Shown one piece after another: positions 39,701 to 51,000 of a DNA stretch of 64,000 bases. The stretch comes from Eledone cirrhosa. Lineage: Eukaryota. The stretch lies in NCBI GenBank assembly GCA_964016885.1, contig OZ024740.1, forward strand, positions 21,514,001 through 21,578,000, read 5' to 3'. The translations under genes and the position numbers were made by a program. The notes beneath the pieces were generated by a model. The model had not been told where the DNA came from. It did not search any database and saw only the letters and a program-made list of their open reading frames with translations. Every line of letters starts with the position of its first letter. The stretch's first letter is position 1.

Positions 39701-42497
39701 AGGGAAGTATAGAGTAGTAGAGGACAGTAGAGGACAGTAAAGGACAGTAAAGGACAGTAGATGACTGTAGAGGACAGTAGAGGGAAGTAGAGGACTGTAG
39801 AGGACAGTAGAGGACAGTAGAGGGAAGTAGAGGACAGTAGAGGACAGTAGAGGACAGTAGAGGTCAGTAGAGGACAGTAGAGGTAAGTAGAGGACAGTAG
39901 AGGGAGGTAGAGGACAGTAGAGGACAGTAGAGGGAAGTAGTGGGAAGTAGAGGACAGTAGAGGACAGTAGAGGACAGTAGAGGGAGGTAGAGGACAGTAG
40001 AGGGAAGTAGAGGACGGTAGAGAGAAGTAGAGGACAGTAGAGGATAGTAGACGGCAGTAGAGGACAGTAGAGGACAGTAGAGGTAAGTAGAGGACAGTAG
40101 AGGACATTACAAGGAAGTAGAGGGAAGTAGAGGACAGTAGAGCTCAGTAGAGGACTGTAGAGGACAGTAGAGGGAAGTAGAGGATAGTAGAGGGAAGTAG
40201 ATGAGAGTAGAGGTAAGTAGAGGAGAGTAGAGGACAGTAGAAGACAGTAGAGGACAGTAGAGGGAAGTAGAGGGAAGTAGAGGACAGTAGAGGGAAGTAG
40301 AGGACAGTAGAGGGAAGGAGAGGACAGTAGCGGGAAGTAGAGGACAGTAGAGGACAATCGAGGTCAGTAGAGGGAAGTGGAGGGAAGTAGAGGGGAGTAG
40401 ACGTCAGTAGAGGGAAGTATAGAGTAGTAGAGGACAGTAGAGGACAGTAAAAGACAGTAAAGGACAGTAGATGACCGTAGAGGACAGTAGAGGGAAGTAG
40501 AGGACTGTAGAGGACAGTAGAGGACAGTAGAGGGAAGTAGAGGACAGTAGAGGACAGTAGACGGCAGTAGAGGACAGTAGAGGACAGTAGAGGACATTAG
40601 AGGACAGTAGAGGGAAGTAGAGGACAGTAGAGGGAAGTAGATGAGAGTAGAGGTAAGTAGAGGGAAGTAGAGGACAGTAGAAGACAGTAGAGGACAGTAG
40701 AGGGAAGTAGAGGGAAGTAGAGGACAGTAGAGGGAAGTAGAGGACAGTGGAGAGAAGAGGAGTACAGTAGAAGGAATTAGAGGACAGTAGAGGGAAGGAG
40801 AGGACAGTAGTGGGAAGTAGAGGACAGTAGAGGACAATAGAGGTCAGTAGAGGGAAGTGGAGGGAAGTAGAGGGCAGTAGACGTCAGTAGAGGGAAGTAT
40901 AGAGTAGTAGAGGACAGTAGAGGACAGTAAAGGACAGTAAAGGACAGTAGATGACTATAGAGGACAGTAGAGGGAAGTAGAGGACAGTAGAGGACAGTAG
41001 AGGGAAGTAGAGGACAGAAGAGGACAGTAGAGGGAAGTAGAGGACAGTAGCGGTAAGTAGAGGACATTAGAGGCAGGTAGAGGACAGTAGAGGGCAGTAG
41101 AGGGAAGTAGTGCGAAGTAGAGGACAGTAGAGGACAATAGATGGAAGTAGAGGAGAGTAGATGACAGTAGAGGGAAGTAGAGGACGGTAGAGGGAAGTAG
41201 AGGACAGTAGAGGGAAGTAGAGGCCAGTAGAGGACAGTAGAGGACAGTAGAGGTCAGTAGAGGACAGTAGAGGTAAGTAGAGGACATTAGAGGGAGGTAG
41301 AGGACAGTAGAGGACAGTAGAGGGAAGTAGTGGGAAGTAGAGGACAGTAGAGGACAATAGATGGAAGTAGAGGAGAGTAGATGACAGTAGAGGGAAGTAG
41401 AGGACGGTAGAGGGAAGTAGAGGACAGTAGAGGGAAGTAGAGGACAATAAAAGACAGTAGAGGGAAGTAGAGGACAGTAGAGGACAGTAGAGGGAAGTAG
41501 AGGACAGTAGAGGACAGTAGAGGGAAGTACAGGACAGTAGAGGGAAGTAGAGGAGAGTAGAGATAAGTAGAGGAGAGTAGAGGACAGTAGTGGGAATTAG
41601 AGGAGAGTAGAGGTAAGTACAGGAGAGGAGAGGACAGTAGAGGACAGTAGAGGAGAGTAGAGGTATGTAAAGGAGAGTAGAGGGCTGTAGAGGACATTAG
41701 AGGGAAGTAGAGGACAGTAGAGGGAAGTAGAGGAGAATAGAGGACAGTAACAGACAGTAGAGGGAAGTAGAGGACAGTAGAGGACAGTAGAGGGAAGTAG
41801 AAGAGAGTAGAGGTAAGTAGAGGACAGTAGAGGTAAGTAAAGGTAAGTAGAGGAGAGTAGAGGACAGTAGAGGGAAGTAGAGGGAAGTAGAGGACAGTAG
41901 AGGACAATAGAGGACAGTAGAGGACAGTAGAGGAAAGTAGAGGTAAGTAGAGGACAGTAGAGTGAAGTAGGGGACAGTAGAGGGAAGGAGAGGACAGTAG
42001 TGGGAAGTAGAGGACAGTAGAGGACAATAGAGGTCAGTAGAGGGAAGTGGAGGGAAGTAGAGGGCAGTAGACGTCAGTAGAGGGAAGTATAGAGTAGTAG
42101 AGGACAGTAGAGGACAGTAAAGGACAGTAAAGGACAGTAGATGACTGTAGAGGACAGTAGAGGGAAGTAGAGGACAGTAGAGGACAGTAGAGGGAAGTAG
42201 AGGACAGTAGAGGACAGTAGAGGACAGTAGAGGTCAGTAGAGGACAGTAGCGGTAAGTAGAGGACATTAGAGGCAGGTAGAGGACAGTAGAGGGCAGTAG
42301 AGGGAAGTAGTGCGAAGTAGAGGACAGTAGAGGACAATAGATGGAAGTAGAGGAGAGTAGATGACAGTAGAGGGAAGTAGAGGACGGTAGAGGGAAGTAG
42401 AGGACAGTAGAGGGAAGTAGAGGCCAGTAGAGGACAGTAGAGGACAGTAGAGGACAGTAGAGGACAGTAAAGGAAAGTAGAGGACAGTAGAGGACAG
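33711..42497 (+). repeat. Satellite subdomain B: same monomer, distinct variant set, ~0.5-1.2 kb subunits
   Basis: Marker ACGTCAGTAGAGGGA(A/C)GTATAGAGTAG at 34081, 35251, 35961, 37071, 37551, 38061, 39191, 39691, 40401, 40881 and 42071. It is absent from 1-33700 and 42500-62800. Internal 2990-bp offset (33824/36814, 34084/37074). Confidence 0.9.
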
Positions 42498-45078
42498 TAG
42501 AGGTCAGTAGAGGGAAGTGGAAGTCAGTAGAGGACAGTAGAGGGAAGTAGAGAGTAGTAGAGGACAGTAGAGGGAAGTAGAGGTAAGTAGAGGACAGTAG
42601 ATGACAGTAGAGGGAAGTAGAAGACAGTAGAGGGAAGTAGAGGAGAGTGGAGGACAGTAGAGGGAAGTAGAGGACAGTAGAGGGAAGTAGAGGACAGTAG
42701 AGGGAAGTAGAGGACAGTAGAGGTAAGTAGAGGACAGTAGAGGACAGTATAGGGAAGTAGAAGACAGTAGAGGGAAGTAGAGGAGAGTGGAGGACAGTAG
42801 AGGGAAGTAGAGGACAGTAGAGGGAAGTAGAGGACAGTAGAGGTAAGTAGATGAGAGTAGAGGAAGTAGAGAACAGTAGAGGGAAGTAGAGGACAATAGA
42901 GGGAAGTAGAAGACAGTGGAGAGAAGTAGAGGACAGTAGAGGACAATAGAGGGAAGTAGAGAGAAGTAGAGGACAGTAGAGGACAGTAGAGGGAAGTAGA
43001 GAATAGTAGAGGACAGTAGAAAACAGTAGAGGGGAGTAGAGGAGAGTAGAGGAGAGTAGAGGCCAGTAGAGGACAGTAGAACACATTAGAGGACACTAGA
43101 GGACAGTAGAGGACAGTAGAGGACAGGAGAGCGAAGTAGAGGACAGTAGAGGGCACTAGAGGACAGTAGAGGACAGTAGAGGGCAGTAGAGGACAGTAGA
43201 GGACAGTAGAGGACAGTATAGGGAAGTAGAGGACAGTAGGGGCCAGTAGAGCGAAGTACAGGACAGTAGAGGGAAGTAGAGGAGAGGAGAGGACAGTAGT
43301 GGGAATTAGAGGAGAGTAGAGGTAAGTAGAGGAGAGGAGACGACAGTAGAGGACAGTAGAGGAGAGTAGAGGGCAGTAGAGGGCAGTAGAGGACATTAGA
43401 GGGAAGTAGAGGACACTAGAGGGAAGTAGAGGACAGTAGAGGTAAGTAGAGGACAGTAGAGGACAGTAGAGGACAGTAGAGGGCAGTAGAGGAAACTAGA
43501 GGACAGTAGAGGACAGTAGAGGACAGTAGATTTAAGTAGAGGACAGTAGACGACATTAGAAGGAAGTAAATGGAAGTAGAGGACAGTAGAGGAGAGTAGA
43601 GGACAGTAGAGGGAAGTAGAGGACAGTAGAGGGAAGTAGATGAGAGTAGAGGACAGTAGAGGAGAGTAGAGGTCAGTAGAAGACAGTAGATGACAGTAGA
43701 GGGAAGTATAGGGAAGTAGAGTACAGTAGAGGGAAGTAGAGGACAGTGGAGAGAAGTAGAGGACAATAGAGGGAAGTAGAGGAGAGTAGAGCACAGTAGA
43801 GGACAGTATAGCACAGTAGAGGGCAGTAGAGGGCAGTAGAGGACAGTACAGGATGTAGAGGACAGTAGAGGGCAGTAGAGGACAGTAGAGGACAGTAAAG
43901 GAAAGTAGAGGACAGTAGAGGACAGTAGAGGTCAGTAGAGGACAGTAGAGGACAGTAGAGGTCAGTAGAGGACGGTAGAGGACAGTAGAGGACAGTAGAG
44001 GACAGTAGAGGGCAGTAGAGGACGGTAGAGGACAGTAGAAGACAGTAGAGGGCAGTAGAGGAAGGTAGAGGACAGTAGAGGACAGTAGAGGGCAGTAGAG
44101 AACTGTAGAGGACAGTATAGGACTGTAGAGGACAGTAGAGGACAGTAGAGGACAGTAGAGGGAAGTAGAGGACAGTAGAGGACAGTAGAGGACAGTAGAG
44201 GACAGTAAAGGGAAGTATAGGACAGTAGAGGGAAGTATAGGAGAATAGAGGACAGTAGAGGGAAGTAGAGGACAGTAGAGGGAAGTACAGGATAGTAGAG
44301 GTAAGTAGAGGACAGAAGAGTGAAGTAGAGGTCAGTGGAGAGAAGTAGAGGATAGTAGAGGACAATAGAGGTCAGTAAAGGGAAGTGGAGGGCAGTAGAG
44401 GACAGTAGAGTGAAGTAGAGTGTAGTAGAGGGAAGTAGAGGACAGTAGAGATAAGTAGAGGACAGTAGAGGGAAGTAGAGGACAGTAGAGGACGATAGAG
44501 GTCAGTAGAGGGCAGTAGAGGACAGTAGAGGACAGTAGAGGACAATAGAGGACAGTAGAGGGAATTAGAGGGAAGTAGAGGACAGTATAGGAATGTAAAG
44601 GCCAGTAGAGGACAGTAGAGGGAAGTGGAGGGCAGTAGAGGACAGTAGATGACAGTAGATGGCAGTAGAGGACAGTAGAGGGAAATAGAGGACAGTGGAA
44701 AGAAGTAGATGACAGTAGAGGACAATAGAGGTCAGTAGAGGGAAGTGGAAGGCAGTAGAGGACAGTAGAGGGAAGTAGAGAGTAGTAGAGGACAGTAGAG
44801 ATAAGTAGAGGAGAGTATACGACAGTAGAGGGCAGTACAGGGAAGTAAAGGACAATAGAGGACAGTAGAGGGCAGTAGAGGAAACTAGAGGACAGTAGAG
44901 GAGGACAGTAGAGGAGAGTAGAGGGGAGTAGAGGAAGTATAGGACAGTAGAGGATAGTAGAGGACAGTAGAGGGAAGTAGAGGACAGTAGAAGACAGTAG
45001 AGGACAGTAGAGAGAAGTAGAGGACAGTGGAGAGAAGTAGAGGACAATAGGGGACAATAGAGGTCAGTAGAGGGAAGT

Positions 45079-45091
45079 GGGGGGGGGGGGG
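45079..45091 (+). repeat. Poly-G run (G13), the longest in the window
   Basis: AAGT-G13-CAG. It accounts for the shift in duplication offset from 29106 to 29109. Confidence 0.9.
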
Positions 45092-48000
45092 CAGTAGAGG
45101 ACAGTAGAGGTAAGTAGAGAGTAGTAGAGGACAGTAGAGGACAGTAGAGGGAAGTAGAGGACAGTAGAGGACAGTAGAGGACTGTAGAGAACAGTAGAGG
45201 GAAGTAGAGGACAGTAGAGGGAAGTAGAGGGACATAGAGAAAAGTAGAGGACAGTAGAACACATTAGAGGAGACTAGAGGACAGTAGAGGACAGTAGAGG
45301 ACGGTAGAGGACAGTAGAGGGAAGTAGAGAACAGTAGAGGGCAGTAGAGGACAGTAGAGGACAGTAGAGGGCAGTAGATGACAGTAGAGGACAGTAGAGG
45401 ACAGTAGAGGGAAGTATAGGACAGTAGAGGACAGTAGAGGGAAGTACAGGACAGTAGAGGAGAGTAGAGGACAGTAGTGGGAATTAGAGGAGAGTAGAGG
45501 TAAGTAGAGGAGAGGACAGTAGAGGAGAGTAGAGGTATGTAGAGGAGAGTAGAGGACAGTAGAGGGAAGTAGATGAGAATAGAGGTAAGTAGAGGAGAGT
45601 AGAGGGCAGTAGAGGGCAGTAGAGTACATTAGAGGGAAGTAGAGGACAGTAGAGGTAAGTAGAGGACAGTAGAGGAGAGTAGAGGGAAGTAGAGGACAGT
45701 AGAGGACAGTAGACGGCAGGAGAGGACAGTAGAGGACAGTAGAGGACAGTAGTGGTAAGTAGAGGACAGTAGAGGACATTAGAAGGAAGTAGAGGGAAGT
45801 AGAAGACAGTAGAGGACAGTAGAGTACAGTAGAGGGAAGTAGAGGACAGTAGAGGGAAGTAGATGAGAGTAGAGGTAAGTAGAGGAGAGTAGAGGACAGT
45901 AGAAGACAATAGAGGACAGTAGAGGGAAGTAGAGGACAGTAGAGGGAAGTAGAGGACAGTGGAGAGAAGTAGAGGACAGTAGATAACGGTAGAGGACAGT
46001 AGAGGACTGTAGAGGTAAGTAGAGGACAGTAGAGGACAGTAGAGGGAAGTAGAGACAGTAGAGGACAGTATAGGGCAGTAGAGTTCAGTAGAGGACAGTA
46101 GAGGTAAGTAGAGGGCAGTAGAGGACAGTAGAGGTCAGTAGAGGACAGTAGAGGACAGTAGAGGGAATTATAGGGAAGTAGAGGACAGTATAGGAAAGTA
46201 AAGGACAGTAGAGGACAGTAGAGGGAAATGGAGGGCATTAGAGGGCAGTAAAGGACAGTAGAGGACAGTAGAGGAGAGTAAAGGGAAGTAGTGAAAGGTA
46301 GAGGAAAGTAGAGGACAGTAGAACACATTAGAGGACACTAGAGGACAGTAGAGGACAGCAGAGGACAGTAGAGGACAGTAGAGTGAGGTAGACGACAGTA
46401 GAGGATAGTAGATGACAGTAGAGGGCAGTAGAGGACAGTAGAGGGAAATAGAGGACTGTGGAAAGAAGTAGATGACAGTAGAGGACAATAGAGGTCAGTA
46501 GAGGGAAGTGGAAGTCAGTAGAGGACAGTAGAGGGAAGTAGAGAGTAGTAGAGGACAGTAGAGGGAAGTAGAGGTAAGTAGAGGACAGTAGATGACAGTA
46601 GAGGGAAGTAGAAGACAGTAGAGGGAAGTAGAGGAGAGTGGAGGACAGTAGAGGGAAGTAGAGGACAGTAGAGGGAAGTAGAGGACAGTAGAGGGAAGTA
46701 GAGGACAGTAGAGGTAAGTAGAGGACAGTAGAGGACAGTATAGGGAAGTAGAAGACAGTAGAGGGAAGTAGAGGAGAGTGGAGGACAGTAGAGGGAAGTA
46801 GAGGACAGTAGAGGGAAGTAGAGGACAGTAGAGGTAAGTAGATGAGAGTAGAGGAAGTAGAGAACAGTAGAGGGAAGTAGAGGACAATAGAGGGAAGTAG
46901 AAGACAGTGGAGAGAAGTAGAGGACAGTAGAGGACAATAGAGGGAAGTAGAGAGAAGTAGAGGACAGTAGAGGACAGTAGAGGGAAGTAGAGAATAGTAG
47001 AGGACAGTAGAAAACAGTAGAGGGGAGTAGAGGAGAGTAGAGGAGAGTAGAGGCCAGTAGAGGACAGTAGAACACATTAGAGGACACTAGAGGACAGTAG
47101 AGGACAGTAGAGGACAGGAGAGCGAAGTAGAGGACAGTAGAGGGCACTAGAGGACAGTAGAGGACAGTAGAGGGCAGTAGAGGACAGTAGAGGACAGTAG
47201 AGGACAGTATAGGGAAGTAGAGGACAGTAGGGGCCAGTAGAGCGAAGTACAGGACAGTAGAGGGAAGTAGAGGAGAGGAGAGGACAGTAGTGGGAATTAG
47301 AGGAGAGTAGAGGTAAGTAGAGGAGAGGAGACGACAGTAGAGGACAGTAGAGGAGAGTAGAGGGCAGTAGAGGGCAGTAGAGGACATTAGAGGGAAGTAG
47401 AGGACACTAGAGGGAAGTAGAGGACAGTAGAGGTAAGTAGAGGACAGTAGAGGACAGTAGAGGACAGTAGAGGGCAGTAGAGGAAACTAGAGGACAGTAG
47501 AGGACAGTAGAGGACAGTAGATTTAAGTAGAGGACAGTAGACGACATTAGAAGGAAGTAAATGGAAGTAGAGGACAGTAGAGGAGAGTAGAGGACAGTAG
47601 AGGGAAGTAGAGGACAGTAGAGGGAAGTAGATGAGAGTAGAGGACAGTAGAGGAGAGTAGAGGTCAGTAGAAGACAGTAGATGACAGTAGAGGGAAGTAT
47701 AGGGAAGTAGAGTACAGTAGAGGGAAGTAGAGGACAGTGGAGAGAAGTAGAGGACAATAGAGGGAAGTAGAGGAGAGTAGAGCACAGTAGAGGACAGTAT
47801 AGCACAGTAGAGGGCAGTAGAGGGCAGTAGAGGACAGTACAGGATGTAGAGGACAGTAGAGGGCAGTAGAGGACAGTAGAGGACAGTAAAGGAAAGTAGA
47901 GGACAGTAGAGGACAGTAGAGGTCAGTAGAGGACAGTAGAGGACAGTAGAGGTCAGTAGAGGACGGTAGAGGACAGTAGAGGACAGTAGAGGACAGTAGA

Positions 48001-51000
48001 GGGCAGTAGAGGACGGTAGAGGACAGTAGAAGACAGTAGAGGGCAGTAGAGGAAGGTAGAGGACAGTAGAGGACAGTAGAGGGCAGTAGAGAACTGTAGA
48101 GGACAGTATAGGACTGTAGAGGACAGTAGAGGACAGTAGAGGACAGTAGAGGGAAGTAGAGGACAGTAGAGGACAGTAGAGGACAGTAGAGGACAGTAAA
48201 GGGAAGTATAGGACAGTAGAGGGAAGTATAGGAGAATAGAGGACAGTAGAGGGAAGTAGAGGACAGTAGAGGGAAGTACAGGATAGTAGAGGTAAGTAGA
48301 GGACAGAAGAGTGAAGTAGAGGTCAGTGGAGAGAAGTAGAGGATAGTAGAGGACAATAGAGGTCAGTAAAGGGAAGTGGAGGGCAGTAGAGGACAGTAGA
48401 GTGAAGTAGAGTGTAGTAGAGGGAAGTAGAGGACAGTAGAGATAAGTAGAGGACAGTAGAGGGAAGTAGAGGACAGTAGAGGACGATAGAGGTCAGTAGA
48501 GGGCAGTAGAGGACAGTAGAGGACAGTAGAGGACAATAGAGGACAGTAGAGGGAATTAGAGGGAAGTAGAGGACAGTATAGGAATGTAAAGGCCAGTAGA
48601 GGACAGTAGAGGGAAGTGGAGGGCAGTAGAGGACAGTAGATGACAGTAGATGGCAGTAGAGGACAGTAGAGGGAAATAGAGGACAGTGGAAAGAAGTAGA
48701 TGACAGTAGAGGACAATAGAGGTCAGTAGAGGGAAGTGGAAGGCAGTAGAGGACAGTAGAGGGAAGTAGAGAGTAGTAGAGGACAGTAGAGATAAGTAGA
48801 GGAGAGTATACGACAGTAGAGGGCAGTACAGGGAAGTAAAGGACAATAGAGGACAGTAGAGGGCAGTAGAGGAAACTAGAGGACAGTAGAGGAGGACAGT
48901 AGAGGAGAGTAGAGGGGAGTAGAGGAAGTATAGGACAGTAGAGGATAGTAGAGGACAGTAGAGGGAAGTAGAGGACAGTAGAAGACAGTAGAGGACAGTA
49001 GAGAGAAGTAGAGGACAGTGGAGAGAAGTAGAGGACAATAGGGGACAATAGAGGTCAGTAGAGGGAAGTGGGGGGGGGGCAGTAGAGGACAGTAGAGGTA
49101 AGTAGAGAGTAGTAGAGGACAGTAGAGGACAGTAGAGGGAAGTAGAGGACAGTAGAGGACAGTAGAGGACTGTAGAGAACAGTAGAGGGAAGTAGAGGAC
49201 AGTAGAGGGAAGTAGAGGGACATAGAGAAAAGTAGAGGACAGTAGAACACATTAGAGGAGACTAGAGGACAGTAGAGGACAGTAGAGGACGGTAGAGGAC
49301 AGTAGAGGGAAGTAGAGAACAGTAGAGGGCAGTAGAGGACAGTAGAGGACAGTAGAGGGCAGTAGATGACAGTAGAGGACAGTAGAGGACAGTAGAGGGA
49401 AGTATAGGACAGTAGAGGACAGTAGAGGGAAGTACAGGACAGTAGAGGAGAGTAGAGGACAGTAGTGGGAATTAGAGGAGAGTAGAGGTAAGTAGAGGAG
49501 AGGACAGTAGAGGAGAGTAGAGGTATGTAGAGGAGAGTAGAGGACAGTAGAGGGAAGTAGATGAGAATAGAGGTAAGTAGAGGAGAGTAGAGGGCAGTAG
49601 AGGGCAGTAGAGTACATTAGAGGGAAGTAGAGGACAGTAGAGGTAAGTAGAGGACAGTAGAGGAGAGTAGAGGGAAGTAGAGGACAGTAGAGGACAGTAG
49701 ACGGCAGGAGAGGACAGTAGAGGACAGTAGAGGACAGTAGTGGTAAGTAGAGGACAGTAGAGGACATTAGAAGGAAGTAGAGGGAAGTAGAGGACAGTAG
49801 AGGACAGTAGAGTACAGTAGAGGGAAGTAGAGGACAGTAGAGGGAAGTAGATGAGAGTAGAGGTAAGTAGAGGAGAGTAGAGGACAGTAGAAGACAATAG
49901 AGGACAGTAGAGGGAAGTAGAGGACAGTAGAGGGAAGTAGAGGACAGTGGAGAGAAGTAGAGGACAGTAGATAACGGTAGAGGACAGTAGAGGACTGTAG
50001 AGGTAAGTAGAGGACAGTAGAGGACAGTAGAGGGAAGTAGAGACAGTAGAGGACAGTATAGGGCAGTAGAGTTCAGTAGAGGACAGTAGAGGTAAGTAGA
50101 GGGCAGTAGAGGACAGTAGAGGTCAGTAGAGGACAGTAGAGGACAGTAGAGGGAATTATAGGGAAGTAGAGGACAGTATAGGAAAGTAAAGGACAGTAGA
50201 GGACAGTAGAGGGAAATGGAGGGCATTAGAGGGCAGTAAAGGACAGTAGAGGACAGTAGAGGAGAGTAAAGGGAAGTAGTGAAAGGTAGAGGAAAGTAGA
50301 GGACAGTAGAACACATTAGAGGACACTAGAGGACAGTAGAGGACAGCAGAGGACAGTAGAGGACAGTAGAGTGAGGTAGACGACAGTAGAGGATAGTAGA
50401 TGACAGTAGAGGGCAGTAGAGGACAGTAGAGGGAAATAGAGGACTGTGGAAAGAAGTAGATGACAGTAGAGGACAATAGAGGTCAGTAGAGGGAAGTGGA
50501 AGTCAGTAGAGGACAGTAGAGGGAAGTAGAGAGTAGTAGAGGACAGTAGAGGGAAGTAGAGGTAAGTAGAGGACAGTAGATGACAGTAGAGGGAAGTAGA
50601 AGACAGTAGAGGGAAGTAGAGGAGAGTGGAGGACAGTAGAGGGAAGTAGAGGACAGTAGAGGGAAGTAGAGGACAGTAGAGGGAAGTAGAGGACAGTAGA
50701 GGTAAGTAGAGGACAGTAGAGGACAGTATAGGGAAGTAGAAGACAGTAGAGGGAAGTAGAGGAGAGTGGAGGACAGTAGAGGGAAGTAGAGGACAGTAGA
50801 GGGAAGTAGAGGACAGTAGAGGTAAGTAGATGAGAGTAGAGGAAGTAGAGAACAGTAGAGGGAAGTAGAGGACAATAGAGGGAAGTAGAAGACAGTGGAG
50901 AGAAGTAGAGGACAGTAGAGGACAATAGAGGGAAGTAGAGAGAAGTAGAGGACAGTAGAGGACAGTAGAGGGAAGTAGAGAATAGTAGAGGACAGTAGAA

